Below, in pieces: positions 52,447-64,000 of a stretch of DNA of 64,000 nucleotides; the stretch's first letter is position 1, and each line of letters opens with the position of its first letter. Source of the DNA: Macrostomum lignano. Taxonomy: Eukaryota. The translations under genes and the position numbers were made by a program. The stretch spans positions 124,001 to 188,000 of the forward strand of contig NIVC01000921.1 of NCBI GenBank assembly GCA_002269645.1. Direction: 5' to 3'. Under the pieces are notes generated by a model. It searched no databases. It was not told where the DNA came from and worked only from the letters and a program-made list of their open reading frames with translations.

Positions 52447-53316
52447 CCATAGACAAAAATTAAAGTAAAAGATTCGATGCTTAAATTAAAAGCGAGAAAG
52501 ATAAAGTTTGGGCAGCTAGAGGAAATCAGAGAGAACTGAGAATCATGGAACACGACTTGGAACTCGCTTTCGACTGGTTGAATGACATTGAATTGAGAGA
52601 AAATGAGGCTTCTAGATTTGCTTTACTGTCCGATAACGAGGTTGCTGAAAGGATTGACGCTGCTGTGCCGGAATCGACACGCCGGAAGAAACGATGGGCA
52701 CTAAAGCTATTTGACGACTGGTTTCAGGAGAGGCAAACCAAACTGCTTCATGGAGACGCCTGCGGTCTATCTGTGTGTACCTATCGGCCGGCATACTCTT
52801 GACTCCAATTGTGGCGAATATCACCAAACCCGTGTCTACGGATGGTAAATTCTCAAACCAGTCTCCAAGGAAGACTTGTGTCAGCACATTGCATCGGGTT
52901 GGACTGGCTAGGGACGATATAGCCCGCGTCACTGGACATTCGTCCAACGCAATAGAGAGGTACATACGGCTAGACGTCAAGGACCATTCGCGTATGACCT
53001 ATGCTGTACACGCCAGAGGAGCCGTGGAGTCCAATGGGCGGACCAATGAGCAAGATGTCGTGTCTGAGGGTACTACCAAGAAGATGCGCATGACTGTCCA
53101 TGGTGACACCAACACCGTAGAAATCATGTTCGAGTAAATCGGCAAGAATGAATCGGTCTTTACTGCTGTTGATAGTTTTATACTTCTAATGGACTAGCTG
53201 ACAAATTATAGTCGTTCTAAAATGTTCTCAGGCCTTGTTCTTAGGCCTGTTAACCGGTTAACAGGCCTCGTTTTGAGTTCTCAGGCTTCGTTTTTTAGTG
53301 AGGTTTGGCCATAGAC
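52447..53316 (+). mobile_element. Internally deleted Crypton-type tyrosine-recombinase element 1
   Basis: Bounded by CCATAGAC direct repeats (52447, 53309). Encodes a YR N-terminus (VPESTRRKKRWALKLFDDW, 52545-52802) fused by deletion and frameshift to the C-terminus (PIGRHTL, FSNQSPRKT, VTGHSSNAIERY). Confidence 0.78.
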
Positions 53317-53459
53317 TATCGTTCCACTAGAAAAGAAGGAGCCTAGGAATTTAGTGTGAACCGTCATATCTGTAGGCTAATGGTATTTAATGTTAGCACT
53401 CTATGTATGTGTAGCTGGTTTTCTTAGCCTCAGCCAGAGGGAAATCGGCCATAGACATA

Positions 53460-53692
53460 GCTTTTAGTCCCTGCGAGCAAAAATACATTACTGAGATAGG
53501 AAAAAACAGGTTTTTGGCCATTTTCAGCCGTTTCTTTAGTTAGGACCCCCATTTTTATTAGCCTAAAGCACTTCCCGGAAAAAACCGTGTCTATTAGTCC
53601 AAGTCCCATCTTTCTACGACTTAGGAGTCCATAGCGAATGCACACACAGACACACACACAGACACATAGTTTCATTTTATATATTGAGATGC
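53460..53692. mobile_element. Short interspersed element with a CA/CAGA microsatellite and TTTTATATATTGAGAT end (Helentron/DINE-like appearance)
   Basis: Terminal architecture judged by eye. Contains AAAAATACATTACTGAGATAGG, which matches the motif at 33530 and 13936. Confidence 0.35.
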
Positions 53693-54432
53693 AGTACAAT
53701 TACGTTGAATTGCAGGGACAGCTTTTTTGCATGATTTTAAAGAGATCACCCTGTGAAAGAGATGTGAGTTGTTAATGCAAAGCGATTCCATTCATTTTAT
53801 AACTTTGCAGGGAAGCCCACATTAATCGTCAAAAATTTTGGTCGACTGCGAAATCGCCTCGAAGGTGACAATTTGAACAGGAAGGCTTACACAACTCATT
53901 TTGAGACGCTGCCATGCAGTGTTAGGCAAGCAAAAGTTAAATATTGTAAAGACAACAAGTTTTATACTCACTCGCTGGCTCGCATGTCATTGCAGTTGAT
54001 TTTTAGGAGATAATTATAACCAAAAATACACAGCGTACATGGTGTATTGTTGTGAGCTGCAAAAGCAATTCAGTTTTCTTACACGAGTGAATAACTTTGA
54101 CCTTGACGCTTCCCTGCCTCGTTACTACCGGTACAAAATTTCTACAGTCGGTACCGCATGCAGGAGTAGCATTTTCGCAGGAGTTCAAGTTTCATAGTTC
54201 TAACAGCAGCTTGTCATGCAGCTTAGGTGGGCCAGTTGGCATATCGGCAGCCCAGTAGGCAGTGCAACCTTTTCCAGCACAGCAAAGGGAATATTGGACC
54301 GTACGAGACTTATTGTTAAAAATTAGGACTTCAGTAAACTGGCTGATCAGCAGTCAACGCCATTCTCAGTTGCAGTTTTCAGAGCCGAACAGAAGCAGCG
54401 GTGAAAAGCTCAGAGGCTTCTCAACTAACGGC

Positions 54433-55338
54433 TCAGCGCTTCCGCTTGTCCTTCCGCTGCTCGCGCTGCTCCCGCTTGTTTGACGTCGAGCTGGCCCGCT
54501 TCTCCCTGTCCGACTTGCCCCCGCCGTCTCTCTCCGAGGTCCTGTGACGCCCGGAGTTCAACACCCGGTGGCGTCCTTCGTCCTCGTCTCTGCTGCCGCG
54601 GGCGCCGCCTCGATGTCGGCCGTGCTGCTCCTTCGGGCTGTTGGCCTCGCTGGCTGCCCGCTGCGGCTTGATGGACAGCTTCATCTTGAGGTGGCACTTC
54701 TCCGGCAGCTTGTTCTCGGCGCTGAGCTTGTAGATTGCGACTCGAATCTCCTGAGTGGCCCGCTCGATGATGCGCTCGAGGTACTTGTCCTCCTTGAAGT
54801 CGCCGCTGCCGTCGCCGCTGTCCCTGCGCTGCATGGCAACCGAGTGGCTGTTGGACGGCTGCGACTGGCGCCTGTGACGGCTGTCCGAGTGCGTCTTGCG
54901 CCGGTGCTCCGCCTCGGTGCCGTGCCGGTTGTTCCGGTTGCGGTTCAGCGTCGCGCCGGAGCTGTCGGAGTTGCACGAGTCCATGACGGCGAAGCGCCTG
55001 TCGCCGGACTTCCTCTTGAACTCGTTGTGGTTGTTCTGCTGGCTGGCCGTGCTCCGGAGCAGCGACTTCATGCGGTTCACCGCGTCACCCTTCAGCCGGT
55101 CGATGAGCACCTGCCGGCCCCGCTTGCCTGCCGAGTTCGTCGACAATGACGACGGAATGGAGACGGAAGTGTCGTTTGCGAACAGGCAGACCTGCGAGTC
55201 GGACATGGCCATCCACTTGGCCACCTTGTCGATCGTGTGGTTGAGGTTGGCGCAGTTGAACTCAACGGAGACCATGGGTTCTGTGCGCTGCCGGGGCTGA
55301 TTGTGCTGTATGCAGTGGCAGCGGGATGGAGCGACCAC
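54433..55338 (-). CDS. Uncharacterised intronless 301-aa ORF (Arg/Ser/Lys-rich, low complexity; likely ATG at 55276)
   Basis: Long GC3-rich frame with the same codon style as the neighbouring real genes. No family recognised. Confidence 0.6.
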   Translation of the reverse strand: MVAPSRCHCIQHNQPRQRTEPMVSVEFNCANLNHTIDKVAKWMAMSDSQVCLFANDTSVSIPSSLSTNSAGKRGRQVLIDRLKGDAVNRMKSLLRSTASQQNNHNEFKRKSGDRRFAVMDSCNSDSSGATLNRNRNNRHGTEAEHRRKTHSDSRHRRQSQPSNSHSVAMQRRDSGDGSGDFKEDKYLERIIERATQEIRVAIYKLSAENKLPEKCHLKMKLSIKPQRAASEANSPKEQHGRHRGGARGSRDEDEGRHRVLNSGRHRTSERDGGGKSDREKRASSTSNKREQREQRKDKRKR

Positions 55339-55939
55339 GCTGGGGCTCCTGAGTTGCTTTTCCTCTGATGCTCACTGCAGCCTGGCCCATAGACTGATGT
55401 TGCAGTTTAAGGCTTGCCAAGACTGCCAAAAATACAAAAATACTGCCAAAAAAGACTGCCATAGATATTAAAGATCGAGGAAACCATGCTATATGGTTAT
55501 TGCTACACGATGATAGTTTTCATAGCTATTTTTAAAATACACCTTAAAAATAGATCGAGAAGGACGCGAAAGACCGCTTAACTGGGAATCACGCATTAAT
55601 GACTGATGTCGATTTTTCTTATGTCTTTGGCCAAAACCCACAGAATTGGAAAGAGAGGGACGCGAGAGAGGGCGCTAATAGACATTCACCACTGTTAGGA
55701 TTCTTGAACGCTAACGAGTGCGTCATTGGCAAAAGCACGAGTGCGCGAAGCGCACGAGTGCTCTTTGCCATAGACGCACGAGTTGGCGTGCATGAATCTC
55801 ATTCTTATTTGATTCTTTCATTTTACATTCTGCCCAAAAAAGGTTATAATTGATATTACTATAGACATTACCCGCTGCTAGCGGGGTGCGGGGGCAGAGC
55901 CCCCGCTGGGGGCGTGGGGGCGAAGCCCCCACATTTTAA

Positions 55940-57155
55940 CCATAGACAAAATCAATCTTGCACGCTGGAGATGGTGAGGGGAGGGGGTAACGAAAGGAGA
56001 TTACAATTGAAAGCTAGTTGCCACTATAAAAACAAAGCAATGGTTTGTTTCGCCATATTATGAAGTTGCGAGCGATTGACATAATAAATGATAAAGCCTT
56101 TCATGCCGCCAATCTTACCATGAAGAGCATTTGCAACGCTTTCCTTCGATCTGGAGGAAGAGTGAAGCACTACGATGCTATTGAGAGTGACGACCTGAAG
56201 AAGCTCGGTAAATACTTCGATCGGTCGAATCCGGTGCGTCTTCAAGAGGAAGTATACTTTAACATCATTTATTACTATGGGAATAGAGGCCGTGAATGGT
56301 TGCGTGGTTTGAGGTTTGATCGGTTTTGTGAGAAGCGGCTCGCCAATGGACTCTACGCGATTGAGCTTGTTCAGGGAGATTCAAAGAATCTACATGGTTC
56401 TATCAGCGTCGCCGTCTTGGTTGACAACAAGCAAGCGTTGATGGTGTCAAAGGGAGATTCTGCCAAATGCCCAGTTGAGGCGTTCAGACTGTACAAGCAA
56501 AAGGTCACCGAAGTTGAAGGATGGAACGGAGTGGACTTCTTTCTGCGACCAAACGCTAACTTTCGTTCATCTGGTAAGTGGTACAGCAAGAGTGCAGTAG
56601 GAGTCAACACCCTTGGGCCTCTGATGAAGAAAATTTCTACGTCCGCCGGATTGTCCAAGCCATACACTGCGCATTGTGTGCGTGCAACTGTAATCACAGA
56701 ACTTCACGACGCTGGATTTAATGTCGAAACTATCGCTAAAGTGACTGGCCACAAGCGAGGTGCATCCGTCGAGCGCTACATTCGACGAGGGAATAAACGA
56801 GAGCAAGCGATCTGTGCTATGAGCCATCAACTAACGGCTGCCGTGGAGGTGGCTACTACGGCCGACCCTCAAGTTGTAGGCACTGAGGCAAGTGACCCAG
56901 TTGACGTTATCAACGATCCTACGTCGGGCTCGGTGCGCTGTGTGCGAGTTATTCCGGAAAATCGGAAGAATTTGAAGATTCGAGCCAATGGTGACACCAA
57001 CGTCATTGAATTTGTATTTGAGTAGCATCTGATCGCAAGCGAAAAACTAGTAATGATATTAACCAATTTTCACTCGTTATTTTCTTGTTGTCTAAAAATA
57101 AAGTGCAATCCTGCACGTAAGATGCATTAGACCTAAAGGATAATTTGCCATAGAC
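55940..57155 (+). mobile_element. Crypton-type tyrosine-recombinase element 2
   Basis: Bounded by CCATAGAC direct repeats (55940, 57148) and contains the YR ORF. Confidence 0.82.
56045..57025 (+). CDS. Tyrosine recombinase (Crypton/DUF3504-like) catalytic domain, 326 aa, N-terminus apparently truncated
   Basis: Catalytic set visible: YGNRGRE (R), AHCVRAT (HxxR), VTGH (H), VERY (Y), plus the VGVNTL motif. C-terminal GDTNVIEFVFE is shared with element 1. Confidence 0.88.
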   Translation: MFRHIMKLRAIDIINDKAFHAANLTMKSICNAFLRSGGRVKHYDAIESDDLKKLGKYFDRSNPVRLQEEVYFNIIYYYGNRGREWLRGLRFDRFCEKRLANGLYAIELVQGDSKNLHGSISVAVLVDNKQALMVSKGDSAKCPVEAFRLYKQKVTEVEGWNGVDFFLRPNANFRSSGKWYSKSAVGVNTLGPLMKKISTSAGLSKPYTAHCVRATVITELHDAGFNVETIAKVTGHKRGASVERYIRRGNKREQAICAMSHQLTAAVEVATTADPQVVGTEASDPVDVINDPTSGSVRCVRVIPENRKNLKIRANGDTNVIEFVFE

Positions 57156-57394
57156 AACATCAATTCTGCACGCTTGGGCGTGCCAGATCAGCAATCCTGC
57201 ACGCAGAATCAAATAAGAATGCTTTATAGCTGCTTTACTGCTTTACTGCTTTCTTGATAGCCTAGCTTTTATGCCTGGAAGGATATCAGCAGCACCCACC
57301 GGTTTAGACAGGCGAGAGAAAACGAATCAGAAGAAGCAATAGAGCAGCGGCAAGCTGCTAACAGAGAGACAGATGTTGAAGCGACAACTGAACC

Positions 57395-57616
57395 ATGTCG
57401 AAGAGGAAAACAGGACGGCTATGGAAACGACTTACAGAAAAACAGACTGACCTTGAAAAACTGCAAGAGGAATTCGACAACAGCCTTCTAAATTCAGTAG
57501 ACCTGAGCGGCATGGACAGCAACAAAGACTTGAGCATAGCAGTGGCGAAGGAGAGGCGAGTCAGCACACAGAAGAAGCGGATGCGTCGGAGAAGCCAGTC
57601 AGGATTCGGAAAGTAA
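57395..57616 (+). CDS. Possible small charged protein (73 aa)
   Basis: ATG in ACCATG context. Basic-coiled-acidic-basic composition. No family recognised. Confidence 0.3.
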   Translation: MSKRKTGRLWKRLTEKQTDLEKLQEEFDNSLLNSVDLSGMDSNKDLSIAVAKERRVSTQKKRMRRRSQSGFGK

Positions 57617-58437
57617 TTAACATGAACTGCATAACACCCACCGATATATACTGCTATCTGTATTTGTTATGTCATTCAATTAAATAATTATTATTAAACC
57701 TAGAAGTAAACTCATTGATAGTTGAAATGCGCAGTCAAGCTCTGTCAGTAATAGAGTTTGTTCCGTTTGATAGTGATAGAGTCTATACTAAAAAACGGTA
57801 TTAAATAAACATTCATAGCGTGCAATGTAGAAAATCCTATTTATCGTAACTTACACTCCGTTTTCTGTATGTATTTACGTATGCCCTGCTACTTGCAAAT
57901 TCTAATACGAAATGCACATTCTACTTATCCCTAACAATGATTTACTGCTCTGCAAATTGTTTACACTTTTACCCTGCATCCTCTTCCATGCAATTCCAAT
58001 TCCAAAAAGAGAGGAGAGAGAATTGATTAAATATGAGAGAAGAGAGAGGAGAGGAGAAGGAAAAGAGTAGAAAGAAGAGAAGAGTGATAAAAAAGTGGAG
58101 ATGGATGAGAAGAGTGAGGAGAGGAGAGAAGTTTTAAAGGCCGCAAATCTAATTTAATACACATTTACTCCAATTTTTGTTTACCTCTATCCCCACTACT
58201 TACAAGTGTTTGTTTGAGTTTGACTTTAGATTTAAGAATGCATGCAAAAACAGTTCCAGGGATCGGAATACAGCAGGTTCAAAATCCGCGGGTTTCAACA
58301 GCTCGTGTGACACAAAATTGCACATGGATTGTTAATCGTTTCCGCACAAAAGGCTACTCGTTGACAAAATTGTGTTTCATCTACTAACAGTAAAAATATG
58401 AACATTTTGCTGTCTAAATTTGGGTTAGCGGCTCGAT

Positions 58438-58508
58438 TTCTAGAAATTTCCAGAATGAGTCAGTGGGCAAGAAAATTCGAGAAGCTTCCTCAGTGCCAGT
58501 CTATAAAA
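58438..58508 (+). promoter_or_regulatory. Two heat-shock elements and TATA box of sHSP copy B
   Basis: TTCtaGAAatTTCcaGAA at 58438-58455, GAAaaTTCgaGAAgcTTC at 58471-58488, TATAAAA at 58502-58508. Confidence 0.88.
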
Positions 58509-58630
58509 GCGAGACAGCTGGATCCGAGACTGAGGCAGGATTCGAGCACACAAAGCAACCGCAAGCAAAGCAATCTCAAGCAAAGCGAATCAATCGCCAA
58601 ACTCTATCATTTACAAGCGACACAGCAAGC

Positions 58631-59443
58631 ATGTCTCTGTGGATCGCACCGAGCAACGTGTACACGCCATTCTCGCACTCTCTGCCGCTCGTGGCAGCCA
58701 TGAGCGAGCTGGACGACTGGCTGACGCCGGAGTATGACCCGCTGGTGCAGCTGCTGCGGCACAGAGGTCCGAGGCGACCGCGTCAGTGGAGCCGGACTGT
58801 GGACCTTCGCGGCTTCTCGCCGAAGGACGTGTCGGTGAAGCGGGAGGAGCGGAAGGTGCGGGTGGTGGCGCGGCTGGAGAACGGCGAGGACGTGACGGAG
58901 GTGAAGCGGACGGTGGAGCTGCCGGAGGAAGTGGACGCAGAGAAGCTGAACAGCGGCTTCACCCGGGACGGCATGCTGGTGCTGCAGGCGCCGTTCAAGG
59001 AGCAGCAGAAGCAGCAGCAGCTGAAGCAGCAGCAGCAGAAACCGCAGGGCGACTCCGTGTGGGACGAGCTGCGCGGCCTGCTACGAGGCGACCTGCAGTC
59101 TGAGGGGTCCGGCCAGCTGGTGGAGGCGGACGATGGCAGCAAGCGGTTCAAGGCGGAGCTGTCGGTGCGCGAGTTCAAGCCGGACGAGATTCGCGTGCGA
59201 CAGCAGAGCGACTGCGTGCTGGTGGAGGCGGAGCACAAGGAGGAGGCCGGCGGGCAGCGGGTCCACAAGCGGCTGGAGCGAATCTACCAGCTGCCCGACG
59301 GCACCAAGCTGGACCAGGTGGTGAGCAAGCTCAGCCATGATGGCCGGCTGTGCATCGAGGCGCCGTTCGAGGCTCCGGCAGCTCGGGAGCAGCCGCAGCT
59401 GAAGGACGTTCCCATGGAGACGGAGAAGGCTAATGAACAGTGA
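58631..59443 (+). CDS. Small heat-shock protein with two alpha-crystallin domains, 270 aa, copy B
   Basis: Protein identical to copy A from MSLWIAP onward, with only synonymous differences seen. Confidence 0.93.
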   Translation: MSLWIAPSNVYTPFSHSLPLVAAMSELDDWLTPEYDPLVQLLRHRGPRRPRQWSRTVDLRGFSPKDVSVKREERKVRVVARLENGEDVTEVKRTVELPEEVDAEKLNSGFTRDGMLVLQAPFKEQQKQQQLKQQQQKPQGDSVWDELRGLLRGDLQSEGSGQLVEADDGSKRFKAELSVREFKPDEIRVRQQSDCVLVEAEHKEEAGGQRVHKRLERIYQLPDGTKLDQVVSKLSHDGRLCIEAPFEAPAAREQPQLKDVPMETEKANEQ

Positions 59444-60451
59444 ACTCGCTGTGGGACATTGATATCCTCCTGTACTCTACTTTTACTAAGTCGCTTTAAG
59501 CCTGGGACAGTCATTAATTCAGTGTGAACATGCATGCAACATGCATAGTGAAATTGTACATGCATTACTATTTGTAGAAATGTTTCATTAATTACGTACT
59601 CAATGGGTATTGTAGCAGTATCATCATCTGAATGTAATTAATTGTATATGTTGTACTTTTAAATATATGTCTGGATATTTAGTGCTTGAAATCTTTCGTA
59701 CATGCAATAATCGCGAATTCTCATTATGTGATGTGATGTAAAGTGGTTTTATCACGTTTGCTTGTGCTTTTTGTAAATTAATCAATGACTATGTATCGTA
59801 CGCCAGTAATTATCACTGATGGCTAAACTATACACAAATATAATGTAAAGAGCATTTTTGCAGTCCATAGTTCAGACTAACGTATACATTTATTTACATG
59901 TAGTCTAATTCGCCTATTTTGTAAAATATATTTAAAAGTTTTTATGATCAAAATTGATAGGCATTTGGGCGAATCTAAGACCTAGTAACTCAAGTTTTGT
60001 AGTGATCAGTAAATTCTAAAATATGAAGTAATTTGCAAAAATTAAACGCACAACAATTCTCGACTTCATGGAGAAACTACTTATTTTTTTAATCGCTAAG
60101 CAAAACTCAATGCTCAAGCATGGTTTAGCGTAGAAGTCGACTTGAATATAAAACACAATGGAGGCACACAACAAATGAAAAAATAGAACTAAAGTTGTTG
60201 ATCTTGTGACAGTCGAATTCAGAGGGCAGAAAATCTTCGTGAAAAAAGAAACTAAAATGAGCAAATAGCTTATGCCAACTTGTCTGCTTCAAGCTCATTT
60301 TCGATATCTGCTAGCAGTTCTGCTTCCCGGTTGTGGTTCGAACTTCTGCGAGCTGCCGTGTGAGCGGGAGCGGCTCCGGACATTGCCTAAAATCATTTAA
60401 TTGCTTTTCCGCGGTTTTTTTCGTACTGACTGGCTACTGTTAGTAGGGTAA

Positions 60452-64000
<3,549 letters not shown>

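Larger units (their letters stand above)
58374..60102. repeat. Right arm of the ~1.7-kb inverted duplication
   Basis: Reverse complement of 50150-51850. Confidence 0.92.

Overview
Animal genomic DNA with spliceosomal introns, GC-rich coding exons and introns/intergenic DNA packed with unrelated minisatellites. A flatworm such as Macrostomum is my inference, from the tandem two-domain small HSP and the overall style. Host genes: a divergent pair of intronless 4-EF-hand calmodulin-like genes (598-1059 -, 8289-8765 +); an NFKBIL1-like ankyrin gene (28940-31557 -); an NR5A/FTZ-F1-type nuclear receptor hinge+LBD with no DNA-binding-domain exon visible (36984-40309 -); an inverted pair of two-domain small heat-shock genes with perfect HSEs (50791-51603 -, 58631-59443 +); an orphan 301-aa ORF; and the 3' part of an FLVCR-type MFS transporter (60452-64000 -). 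Mobile DNA: a decayed Ty3/gypsy LTR element nested in a SINE, two tRNA-derived SINE families (one CORE-type), a Tc1/IS630-like deletion derivative, a CACTA-like element and several MITE-like elements. The most unusual region is the 6.5-kb spacer between the inverted sHSP genes. It is divided by repeated CCATAGAC sites into modules carrying two Crypton-type tyrosine recombinase genes, GNA mini-hairpins, palindromes and the orphan ORF, and it resembles a site-specific cassette array. No CRISPR or rRNA was found, and no intact tRNA is supported.
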